This document shows, in pieces, positions 1 to 13,500 of a stretch of DNA of 64,000 bases. Position 1 is the stretch's first letter. Every line of letters starts with the position of its first letter. Position numbers and translations under genes: made by a program. The notes under the pieces are model-generated. The model was not told where the DNA came from. It made no database searches and saw only the letters and a program-made list of their open reading frames with translations. The stretch comes from the human T2T-CHM13v2.0 reference genome, Homo sapiens, in assembly GCF_009914755.1 (NCBI RefSeq), contig NC_060940.1; one strand, 5' to 3'.

Positions 1-280
1 CATATGGGTCCGTTCGATGATAATTCCATTTGATTTCATTCGGTGCTTCTATTCAATTCCAGTCGATGATGATTCCGTTGGAGTCCATACGATGATTCCA
101 TTTGATTTCATTTGATGATGATTCCATTCGATGATGATTACATTGGATTCCATTCTATGATTCCATTCAATTCCATTCGTTGATGATTCGATTCCATTCA
201 ATGATGATTCCATTTGAGTTCATTCGATGATTCTATTCGATTCCGTTCAATGGTGATTCAATTCTCTTATATTGGATGAA

Positions 281-3200
281 TCCACTCGATTCCATTTGAT
301 GATTATTCCATTGGAGTCCACTTAGTGAATCCTTCAGATTCTACTCGAAGATGATTCCATTCAAGTCCATTCGATGATACCATTCAATTCCATTCGTTGA
401 TGCTTCCATTCAAGTGCATTCGATGATATCATTCGATTCCATTTGATGATAATTCCATTTGATTCCATGCGATGATTCTATTCGATTCCATTCAATGATA
501 ATTCCATTCAGTTCAGTGATTCCTCTGGACTCCATTTGATGATGATTCCATTCAATGATTCCATTCGATTCTATTCGAAAGTGATTCCATTTGAATCCAT
601 TTGATGATGATTCCATTAGATTCCATTTGATGATTCCATTCGATTCCATTTGACGATGATTCCATTCGATTCCATGTGATGATTCCATTCTATTCTATTC
701 GATGATGATTCCATTCGATTCCATTCGATGATGATTGGATTCGATTCCATTTGATGATTTCATTTGATTCCATTCGTTAATGATTTCGATCAATTCCATT
801 CGATGATTTCATTCGATTCCATTCGATAATGATTACATCCGTGTCCATTCAGTGATTCCATTTGAGCCTGTTCGATAATTCCATTTGAGTCCAACCAATG
901 ATTCCATTCATTTCCCTTCCATGATTCCATTCGAGTCCATTTGATCATTCCGGTAGGGTCCATTCGATGTTGATTCCATTGGAGTGCATTCGATGATTCC
1001 ATTCGAGTCCATTTTATGATTTGATTCGAGTTCTTTCGATGATTCCATTCGATTCCACTCGATGATGATTTCATTCGAGTCCATTCGACACTTCCAATCG
1101 ATTCCATTTGATGTTTCCATTCGAGTCCAATTGATGATTCCATTCAATTCCATTCGATGATGATTCCGTACGATTCCATTCTGTGATGATTCCATGTGAT
1201 TGCATTCAATGATGATTCCTTTAGATTGCATTCGATTGTGATTCATTTCGTCTTCATTCTATGGTTCCACAGGTTTCCATTCGTGTCCATTCCATTATTC
1301 CATTCTATTCCATTTGATGATGATTCCATTCGATTCCATTCATTGGTGATTCCACTCAATTCCATTCAATGATTCCATTCCATTTCTTTCAACAATGATT
1401 CCATTAGTTTCTAATCGATGATCCACTTGATTCCATTTGACGACGATTCCATTCTTGTCCATTCGATGATTCCATTTGATTCCATATGATGATGATTCCA
1501 TTCGATTCCATACGATGATGATTCCATTCGAGTCCATTCAATGGTGATTCCATTCAATTCCATTCGATGATTCCTTTCGATTCCATTCGATGATGATGGC
1601 ATTCGATTCCTTTCAATCATTCCCTTTGATTCCATTCAAAGGTGATTTCATTCAAGTCCATTCGATAATTGCATTCGATTCCATTCTATGATGATTCCAT
1701 TCGAGTCCATTTGATGATTCCATTCAATTCAAGTCAATGATGATTCCATTCGATTCCATTCGATGATTCCATTGGATTCCATTCGATGATGATTCCATTC
1801 AAATCCATTCGATAATTCAATTCAAGTCCATTCGATGATGATTAAAATCGAATCCATTCAAAGATTCCATTCAGTTCCATTCGATGATTCCCTTAGATTC
1901 CATTCGATGATTCCACTTGATTTCATTTACGATGATTCCATTCGATTCCATGTGATGATTCCATTCAATTCTATTCAATGCTGTTTCCATTTCTTTCCAT
2001 TCGACCATGATTGCCTTTGATTCCATTCAATGACTCCATTCGGTTCCTTTTGATGATGATTCCGTTCGATTCCATTTCATTATTCCATTTGATTCCATTG
2101 GATGAGTCCATTCGATTACATTCGATGATTATTCCATTCGAGTGCATTAGATGATTCCATTCGAGTCCATTCGATGATTCCATTCGATTCCATTCGATGT
2201 TGATTCTGTTCAAATCCATTCGATGATTCCACTCGATTCCATTCGATGACTCCAGTTGATCCCATTCGATGATTTCCTTTGATTCCCTTTGATGATCATT
2301 CCATTTGATTCAATTCGGTGATTTCATTTGATTCCATTCAGTGATGTTTCCATTCGACTCCATTCGATGATGATTCCATTCGACTCCATTCGATGATGAT
2401 TCCATTCGACTCCATTCGATTATGATTTCATTCAATTCCATTCGATAATGATTCCCTTCGAGTCCATTCGATGATTCCATTCGATTCCATTCAACGATGA
2501 TTTGATTCGTTTCCATTCGATGATTCCATTTGATTCCACTTGATGATGATTCCATTCGAGTCCATTTGATGATTCCATTCAATTCCATTCTCCGATGATT
2601 TCTTTTGAGCCCACTCAATGCTTCCACTCGATTCCATATGATGATGACTCCATTCGATGAAATTCGATGATGATTCCATTCGCTTGCATTCGATGATGAT
2701 TCCACTTGAGTCCATTAGAAGATTCTATTCAATTACATTCCATGACGATTCCGTTCGAGTCCATTTGATGATTCCATTAGACTCCATTCGACGATGATTC
2801 CATTCGATGTTATTCGATGATTCCATTCGATCTCATTCGATGATGATTCCATTCAACTCCATTCGATGTTTCCATTCGAGTTCATTCTATTATTCCATTA
2901 GATTCCATTCGATGATGATTCCATTCGATTCCATTTGATGATTGCATTCTATTTCATTTGATGATGATTCCATTCGAGTCCACTCGATGATTCCATTCGA
3001 GTCCATTTAATGAATCCATTGGTTTCAATTCTATGATGATTACATTGGATTCCATTCGTTGATGATTTCATTCGGTTCCATTCAATGATGATTCCATTCA
3101 ATTCCTTTCAATGTTTCCATTCAATTCCATACGATGATGATTCCATTTGATTTGATTCGACAGTGAGCCATTCGATTCAATTCCATGATGATTCTATTTG

Positions 3201-6200
3201 ATTCCATTGGTTGACATTTCCATTTGATTCCATTCGATGATGATTCCCTTTGATTCCATTCAAAGATGATTCCATTCTAGCCCATTCAATCATTCCATTC
3301 GATTCTATTCAATGATGATTCCATTCATGTCGATTTGGTGATTCCATTTGACTTCATTTGATGATGATTCCTTTCAAGTTCATTAGATGATTCCATTCGA
3401 TTCCATTTGATGATGATCCCATTCGAGTCCATTCAGTGATTCCACTCGTTTCCATTCCATGATGATTCCATTCCATTCCATTCAATGATTCCATTCGATT
3501 CCGTTTGATGATGATTTCATTCGAGTCCATTTGATGATTCCATTTGATTCCATTCGATGATGATTCCATTCGAGTCCATTCGATGATTCTATTCGAATCC
3601 ATTTGATGATTTCTTTTGATTATATTTGGTGATGATTCCATTGGAGTCCATTCAATGATTCCATTCGATTCCAATCGATGGTGATTCCATTAGAGTCCAT
3701 TTAATGATTCCATTTGATTCCAGTCTCTGATGATTACATTCGAGTCCATACGATGATTCCACTCAATTCCATATCATGATGATTCCATTCGATTCCATTC
3801 GATGATTCCATTCTATTCTATTCAATGGTGATTCCATTCGAGTACATTAGATGATTCCATTCGATTCCATTCAATGATGATTCTATTTGTGTCCCTTAGA
3901 TGATTCCACATGATTCCATTAGATGATGATACTATTTGAGCCCATCCAATCATTCCCTTTGATTCCATTCGATGAGGATTCCATTCGATTCAATTCATTG
4001 GTGATTCTATTCAATTCAATTCTTTGATTCCATTCCATTCCATTCGACAATGATTCCATTCGATTTCTTTCGATGATTCCACTCGATTCCACTTGACATT
4101 GATTCCCTTCGATTCCATTCAATGATTCCATTTGATTCCAGTGGATGATGATTGCCATCGATTCCATTTGATCACTCCATTCTATTCCACTTGATGATGA
4201 TTACATTCGATTCCATTTGACGATTCCATCTGATTCTATTCGAGGATTCCATTTGATTCCATTCGATGATGATTCCATTCGAGTCCATTCGATGATTTCA
4301 TTCGAGTACATCCAATGATTCCATTCGAGTCCATTTGATGATTCCATTTGATTCCATTTGATTATGATTCTACTAGAGTCCATTCAATGACTCCATTGGA
4401 GTCCATTCAACAATTCCATTCGACTCCATTTGATGATTCCATTGGATTCCATTTGATGATTCCATTCGAGTCCATTTAATCATTACAGTCGAGTCCATTT
4501 GGTGATTCCACCGGCTTTCTTTTGATAATGATACCATTCAATTACATTTGATGATGATCCCATTCAATTTCATTTGATGATGATTCCATTAGAGTCCATT
4601 CGATGATTTCATTCGAGTCCCTTCATTGATTCCATCCGATTTCATTGGATGATGACTCCATTCGAGTCCATTCGATGATTCCACTCGATTCCATTAGATG
4701 ATTCCATTGGAGTCCATTTGATTGTTCCATTCGATTCCATTCGATTCCTTTCGAAGATTATTCCATTTGAGTCCATTCGATGATGATTCCATTCCATTCC
4801 ATTCGATGATTCCGTTTGATTCCATTCGATGATTCCCTTCGATTCCTTTCTTTGATGATTCCATTCCATTCCATTCAATGATTCCATTCGAATCTATTCC
4901 ATGATGATTCCTTTCGATTCCATTCGCTGATGTTTCCGTTCAATTCCATTCGATGATGATTCCATTCGATTCCATTCATTGAGGATTCCATTTGATTCCA
5001 TTCAATGATGATTCCGTTCTATTCCATTCAATGATTGCATTCAATTCCATTAAGTGATTATCCCCTTAGAGTAAACTCAACGATTCCATTCAATACCATT
5101 CGATGATGATTCCTTTTGAGTCCATTCAATGATTTCATTCAAGTCCATTTGATGATTCCTTTGAATTCCATTCTATGATGATTCCATTCGAGTCCATTCG
5201 ATGATTCCATTCGATTGCATTCGATGATTCCATTATATTCCAGTCAACGATGATTCCATTCGAGTCCATTCGATGATTCCATTAGAGTACATTTAATGAT
5301 TGCTTTGTTTTCAATTCGAAGATGATTACATTGGATTCCATTCTATGATACCATTCGATTCCATTCAATGATGATTCCACTCAAATCCATTGGATGATTC
5401 CATTCGTGTCCATTCGGTGATTTCATTAGATTCCATTCGAGGATGATTCCATTCGATTCCATTCGATGATTCCATTCAATTCCATTCGAGGATGATTCCA
5501 TTCCAGTCCATATGATCATTCCATTTGATTTCATTCGATGATGATTCCATTCGATTCCATTCGATGATTCCATTCTATTCCATTCGATGATGATTCCATT
5601 CGAGTCCATTCGATGATTCCATTCGAGTCCATTTAATGATTCCATTGGGTTCAATTCAATGATGATTACATTGGATTCCGTTCTATGATTCCATTCAATT
5701 CCGTTCATTGACAATTTGATTCCATTCGATGATGATTCCATTTGAGTTCATTCGATGATTCTATTCGATTCTCTTCGATGGTGATTCAATTCTATTATAT
5801 TGGATGATTCCATTCGATTCCATTTGATGTTGATTCAATTCGATTCTATTCGATGATGATTCCATTGGATTTCACTTGATGATTCTATTCGATTCCATTC
5901 AATGATGATTCACTTCTCGTCCATTGGATGATTCCATTTCATTCCATTCGATGATGATTCCATTCGATTCCATTCGATGATTCCATTTGATTCCATGCGT
6001 CGGTGAGCAATTCGATTCAATTCCATGATGATTCTATTTGATTCAATTAGATGATGTTTCCATTCGAATCCATTCCATGATTATTCCATTGGAATCCATT
6101 CGGCGATGATTCCATATGAGTCAATTCAATGATGATTCCATATGGGTCCGTTCGATGATAATTCCATTTGATTTCATTCGGTGCTTCTATTCAATTCCAG

Positions 6201-6418
6201 TCGATGATGGTTCCGTTGGAGTCCATACGATGATTCCATTTGATTTCATTTGATGATGATTCCATTCGATGATGATTACATTGGATTCCATTCTATGATT
6301 CCATTCAATTCCATTCGTTGATGATTCGATTCCATTCAATGATGATTCCATTTGAGTTCATTCGATGATTCTATTCGATTCCGTTCGATGGTGATTCAAT
6401 TCTCTTATATTGGATGAA
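281..6418 (+). repeat. Higher-order unit type A (6,138 bp = 6,112 + 26-bp local duplication)
   Basis: Landmark offsets 951->7089 and ORF 410->6548 are both 6,138. An extra 26-bp monomer lies at ~2351-2402 relative to the copy at ~18350. Confidence 0.9.
6039..6049 (-). promoter_or_regulatory. Putative DUX4 site TAATTGAATCA (also 15801, 22011, 35046, 47706, 59557; variant TAACTGAATCA at 34230, 46890)
   Basis: The + strand reads TGATTCAATTA, whose reverse complement fits the DUX4 consensus TAAYBBAATCA. DUX4 is known to bind and activate HSATII. Binding at this site is not shown. Confidence 0.45.
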
Positions 6419-9400
6419 TCCACTCGATTCCATTTGATGATTATTCCATTGGAGTCCACTTAGTGAATCCTTCAGATTCTACTCGAAGATGATTCCATTC
6501 AAGTCCATTCGATGATACCATTCAATTCCATTCGTTGATGCTTCCATTCAAGTGCATTCGATGATATCATTCGATTCCATTTGATGATAATTCCATTTGA
6601 TTCCGTGCGATGATTCTATTCGATTCCATTCAATGATAATTCCATTCAGTTCAGTGATTCCTCTGGACTCCATTTGATGATGATTCCATTCAATGATTCC
6701 ATTCGATTCTATTCGAAAGTGATTCCATTTGAATCCATTTGATGATGATTCCATTAGATTCCATTTGATGATTCCATTCGATTCCATGCGACGATGATTC
6801 CATTCGATTCCATGTGATGATTCCATTCTATTCTATTCGATGATGATTCCATTCGATTCCATTCGATGATGATTGGATTCGATTCCATTTGATGATATCA
6901 TTTGATTCCATTCGTTAATGATTTCGATCAATTCCATTCGATGATTCCATTCGATTCCATTCGATAATGATTACATCCGTGTCCATTCAGTGATTCCATT
7001 TGAGCCTGTTCGATAATTCCATTTGAGTCCAACCAATGATTCCATTCATTTCCATTCAATGATTCCATTCGAGTCCATTTGATCATTCCGGTAGGGTCCA
7101 TTCGATGTTGATTCCATTGGAGTGCATTCGATGATTCCATTCGAGTCCATTTTACGATTTGATTCGAGTCCTTTCGATGATTCCATTCGATTCCACTCGA
7201 TGATGATTTCATTCGAGTCCATTCGACACTTCCAATCGATTCCATTTGATGTTTCCATTCGAGTCCAATTGATGATTCCATTCAATTGCATTCGATGATG
7301 ATTCCGTACGACTCCATTCTGTGATGATTCCATGTGATTGCATTCAATGATGATTCCTTTCGACTGCATTCGATTATGATTCATTTCGTGTTCATTCTAT
7401 GGTTCCACAGGTTTCCATTCGATGACGTTTCCGTTCGTGTCCATTCCATTATTCCATTCTATTCCATTTGAAGATGATTCCATTCGATTCCATTCATTGG
7501 TGATTCCACTCAATTCCATTCAATGATTCCATTCCATTTCTTTCAACAATGATTCCATTAGTTTCTATTCGATGATCCACTTGATTCCATTTGGCGATGA
7601 TTCCATTCGTGTCCATTCGATGATTCCATTTGATTCCATATGATGATGATTCCATTCGATTCCATACCATGATGATTCCATTCGAGTCCATTCAATGGTG
7701 ATTCCATTCAATTCCATTCGATGATTCCTTCCGATTCCATTCGATGATGATGGCATTCGATTCCTTTCAATCATTCCCTTTGATTCCATTCAAAGGTGAT
7801 TTCATTCAAGTCCATTCGATAATTGCATTCGATTCCATTCTATGATGATTCCATTCGAGTCCATTTGATGATTCCATTCAATTCAAGTCAATGATGATTC
7901 CATTCGATTCCACTCGATGATTCCATTGGATTCCATTCGATGATGATTCCATTCAAATCCATTCGATAATTCAATTCAAGTCCATTCGATGATGATTCCA
8001 ATCGAATCCATTCAAAGATTCCATTCAATTCCATTCGATGATGATTCCCTTAGATTCCATTCGATGATTCCACTTGATTCCATTTACGATGATTCCATTC
8101 GATTCCATGTGATGAATCCATTCAGTTCTATTCAATGATGTTTCCATTTGATTCCATTGGACCATGATTGCCTTTGATTCCATTCAATGATTCCATTCGG
8201 TTCCATTTGATGATGATTCCGTTCGATTCCATTTCATTATTCCATTTGATTCCATTGGATGAGTCCATTCGATTACATTCGATGATTATTCCATTCGAGT
8301 GCATTAGATGATTGCATTCGAGTCCATTCGATGATTCCATTCGATTCCATTCGATGTTGATTCTGTTCAAATCCATTCGATGATTCCACTCGATTCCATT
8401 CGATGACTCCATTTGATCCCATTCGATGATTTCCTGTGATTCCCTTTGATGATCATTCTATTTGATTCAATTCGGTGATTTCATTTCATTCCATTCAGTG
8501 ATGTTTCCATTCGACTGTATTCGATGATGATTCCATTCGACTCCATTCGATTATGATTTCATTCAATTCCATTCAATAATGATTCCCTTCGAGTCCATTC
8601 GATGATTCCATTCGATTCCATTCAACGATGATTTGATTCGTTTCCATTCGATGATTCCATTTGATTCCACTTGATGATGATTCCATTCGAGTCCATTTGA
8701 TGATTCCATTCGAGTCTATTTATGTATTATATTCGTGTCCACTTCATGATTCCATTCAATTCCATTTAATGTTGATTCCATTTGATTCCATTTGATGATT
8801 CAGTTCGATTCCTTGCAATGATTCCCTACGATTCCTTTCTATGATGATTCCATTCGATTCCATTCATTGATGATTTCATTCGACTCCATTCGATGATGAT
8901 TCCTTTCGATTCCATTTGACGATGTTTCCATTCGAGTCCATTCGATGATGATTCTATTCAATTCTGTTCTATTATGATTCCATTCGATTTCATTCAATGC
9001 TTCTATTTGATTCCATTCGATGATGATTCCATCTCTTTCCCTTCGATGATTCCATTTGATTCCATTCAGTGATGATTCCATTTGATTCCATCTGATGATG
9101 ATTTCACTTGATTCCTTTCAATGATGATTCAATTCAAGTCCATTCGATGATTCCATTGGAGTCCAAACGATCATTCCGTTCGATTCCATTCAATGGTGAT
9201 TCCATTCATGTCCATTCGATGAATCCATTCAATTCCATTCGATGATGACTCCATTCGAGTACATTCGATGATTCCATTTGATTCCATTTGAAGATGATTC
9301 CATTCAATTCCATTCGAAGATGATTCCATTCAATTCCATTCGATGATGATTCCGTATGAATCCATTCTCTGATTATTCCATTCGATTCCATTCATTGACG

Positions 9401-10548
9401 ATTCCATTCAATTCCATTCAATGATGATTCTCTTCTATTCCATTCGATGATTCCGGTCGATTCCATTCGATGATGATTCCATTAGATTCCATTCGATTGT
9501 TGCATTCGATTCCCTTCGATGATGATTCCTTTGAATTCCATTCGATTATCATTCCGTATGAATCCATTTGATGATTATTCCATTGGATTCCTTTCGATGA
9601 TGATTCCATTCGATTCCATTTGATGATGTTTCTCTTGTATTCCATTGGATAATTCCTTTCAGTTCCCTTCGATGATTATTCTTTCGAGTCAATTCGATGA
9701 TTCTATTCCATTCCCTTCGATGATGATTCCATTTCACTCCATTTGATGATTCCATTCGACTCAATTTGGTGATGATTCAATTCGATGACATTCGATGACT
9801 CCATTCAATTTCATTTGATGATGATTACATTCGAGTCCATTTGATGATTGTATTCCTTTCCTTTTGATGATTATTCCATTCGTGTCTATTCAAAGGTTCC
9901 ATTCTATTCCATTCAATGATGATTGCATTTGATTCCATTCAATGATTATGGCTATCGATTCCACTCGTTGATTCCATTTGATTCCGTTCGATGATTATTC
10001 CGTTAGATTCCATTAGAAGATTCCATTCGATTTTATTCAATGATTCCAATGGATTCCATTCAATGATGATTCCATTCGACACCATTCAGTGATTCCATTC
10101 GAGTCCATTTGATGATTCCATTCTTTTGCATTTGATGATGATTCCATTAGGGTCCATTCAATTATTCCATTCGAGTCCATTCGTTAATGCCTTTCGAGTC
10201 CTTTTGATCACTACATTCGAGTCCATTCAATGATTCTATTCGATTCCATTCCATGATGATTCCATTCGAGTTCATTCGATGATTGCATTCGAGTCCATTT
10301 GATGATTCCATATGATTCCCTTCGACAATGATTCCATTCGTGTCCATTTGACGATTCCATTCATTTCCTATCGATGAAGATTCCATTCAAGTGTATTCGA
10401 TGATTCCATTCAAATCCATTCGATGATGATTCCATTCCAGTCCATTCGATCATTCCACTTGATTCCATTTGATGACTATTCCATTCAAATCCATTTGATG
10501 ATTCCATTCGATTCCATTCGATGTTACCATTCGAGTATACACGATGAT
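6419..10548 (+). repeat. Higher-order unit type B (~4,130 bp)
   Basis: ORF offset 6548->10678 = 4,130. It follows unit A until ~8710, then switches to a module beginning GAGTCTATTTATGTATTATATTCGTGTCC that is absent from unit A. Confidence 0.88.
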
Positions 10549-13500
10549 TCCACTCGATTCCATTTGATGATTATTCCATTGGAGTCCACTTAGTGAATCC
10601 TTTAGATTCTACTCGAAGATGATTCCATTCGAGTCCATTCCATGATACCATTCAATTCCATTCGTTGATGCTTCCATTCAAGTACATTCGATGATATCAT
10701 TCGATTCCATTTGATGATAATTCCATTTGATTCCATGCGATGATTCTATTCGATTCCATTCAATGATAATTCCATTCAATTCAGTGATTCCTCTGGACTC
10801 CATTTGATGATGATTCCATTCAATGATTCCATTCGATTCTATTCGAAAATGATTCCATTTGAATCCATTTGATGATGATTCCATTGGATTCCATTTGATG
10901 ATTCCATTCGATTCCATTCGATGATGATTCCATTCGATTCCTTTTGATGATTCCATTCTATTGTATTCGATGATGATTCCATTCGATTCCATTCGATGAT
11001 GATTGGATTCGATTCCATTTGATGATTTCATTTGATTCCATTCGATAATGATTTCGATCAATTCCATTCGATGATTCCATTCGATTCCATTCGATAGTGA
11101 TTACATCCGAGTCCATTCGATGATTCCATTTGAGCCCGTTCGATAATTCCATTTGAGTCCAATCAATGATTCCATTCATTTCCATTCAATGATTCCATTC
11201 GAGTCCATTTGATCATTCCGGTAGGGTCCGTTCGATGTTGATTCCATTGGAGTGCATTCGATGATTCCATTCGAGTCCATTTTAGGATTTGATTTGAGTC
11301 CTTTCGATGATTCCATTCGATTCCACTCGATGATTTCATTCGAGTCCATTCGACACTTCCAATCGATTCCATTTGATGTTTCCATTCGATTCCAATTGAT
11401 GATTCCATTCAATTCCATTCGATGATGATTCCGTACGATTCCATTCTGTGATGATTCCATGTGATTGCATTCAATGATGATTCCTTTCGATTGCATTCGA
11501 TTATGATTCATTTCGTGTTCATTCTATGGTTCCACAGGTTTCCATTCGATGATGTTTCCATTCGTGTCCATTCCATTATTCCATTCTATTCCATTTGAAG
11601 ATGATTCCATTCGATTCCATTCATTGGTGATTCCACTCAATTCCATTCAATGATTCCATTCCATTTCTTTCAACAATGATTCCATTAGTTTCTATTCGAT
11701 GATCCACTTGATTCCATTTGACGATGATTCCATTCGTGTCCATTCGATGATTCCATTTGATTCCATATGATGATGATTCCATTCGATTCCATACGATGAT
11801 GATTCCATTCGAGTCCATTCAATGGTGATTCCATTCAATTCCATTCGATGATTCCTTTCGATTCCATTCAATGATGATGGCATTCAATTCCTTTCGATCA
11901 TTCCCTTTGATTCCATTCAAAGGTGATTTCATTCAAGTCCATTCGATAATTGCATTCGATTCCATTCTGTGATGATTCCATTCGAGTCCATTTGATGATT
12001 CCATTCAATTGAAGTCAATGATGATTCCATTCGATTCCACTCGATGATTCCATTGGATTCCATTCGATGATGATTCCATTCAAATCCATTCGATAATTCA
12101 ATTCAAGTCCATTCGATGATGATTCCAATCGAATCCATTCAAAGATTCCACTCAATTCCATTCGATGATGATTCCCTTAGATTCCATTTGATGATTCCAC
12201 TTGATTCCATTTACGATGATTCCATTCGATTCCATGTGATGATTCCATTCAATTCTATTCAATGATGTTTCCACTTGATTCCATTCGAACATGATTGCCT
12301 TTGATTCCATTCAATGATTCCATACGGTTCCATTTGATGATGATTCCATTCGAGTGCATTAGATGATTCCATTCGAGTCCATTCGATGATTCCATTCGAT
12401 TCCATTCGATGTTGATTCTGTTCAAATCCATTCGATGATTCCACTCGATTCCATTCGATGACTCCATTTGATCCCATTCGATGATTTCCTTTGATTCCCT
12501 TTGATGATCATTCCATTTGATTCAATTCGGTGATTTCTTTTGATTCCATTCAGTGATGTTTCCATTCAACTCCTTTCGATGATGATTCCATTCGACTCCA
12601 TTCGATTATGATTTCATTCAATTCCATTCGATAATGATTCCCTTCAAGTCCATTCGATGCTTCCATTCGATTCCATTCAACGATGATTTGATTCGTGTCC
12701 ATTCGATGATTCCATTTGATTCCATTTGATGATGATTCCATTCGAGTCCCTTTGATGATTCCATTCAATTCCATTCTCCGATGATTTCTTTTGAGCCCAT
12801 TCAATGCTTCCACTCGATTCCATATGATGATGACTCCATTTGATGAAATTCCATGATGATTCCATTCGCTTGCATTCGATGATGATTCCACTTGAGTCCG
12901 TTAGAAGATTCTATTCAATTACATTCCATGACGATTCTGTCCGAGTCCATTTGATGATTCCATTAGACTCCATTCGACGATGATTCCATTCGATGTTATT
13001 CGTTGATGATTCCATTCAACTCCATTCGAAGTTTCCATTCGAGTTCATTCTATTATTCCATTAGATTCCATTCGATGATGATTCCATTCGATTCCATTTG
13101 ATGATTGCATTCTATTTCATTTGATGATGATTCCATTCGAGTCCATTCGATGATTCCATTCGAGTCCATTTAATGAATCCATTGGTTTCAATTCTATGAT
13201 GATTACATTGGATTCCATTCGTTGATGATTTCATTCGATTCCATTCAATGATGATTCCATTCAATTCCATTCAATGATTCCATTCAATTCCATACGATGA
13301 TGATTCCATTTGATTTGATTCGACAGTGAGCCATTCGATTCAATTCCATGATGATTCTATTTGATTCAATTGGTTGACATTTCCATTCGATTCCATTCGA
13401 TGATGATTCCATTTGATTCCATTCAAAGATGATTCCATTCTAGCCCATTCAATCATTCCATTCGATTCTATTCAATGATGATTCCATTCATGTCGATTTG

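Noticed and set aside
1835-2020. Only plus-strand ORFs (also 17833..18018)
   Set aside because: These are chance stop-free stretches. The homologous copy near 23945 is not reported as an ORF, and other units are interrupted by stops.
8716-8740. AT-rich TTTATGTATTATATTCG as a possible TATA-like promoter (also ~24597, ~35694, ~36530, ~48354, ~62237)
   Set aside because: It can be explained as a mutated monomer. There is no canonical TATAAA or supporting context, so it is used only as a landmark.
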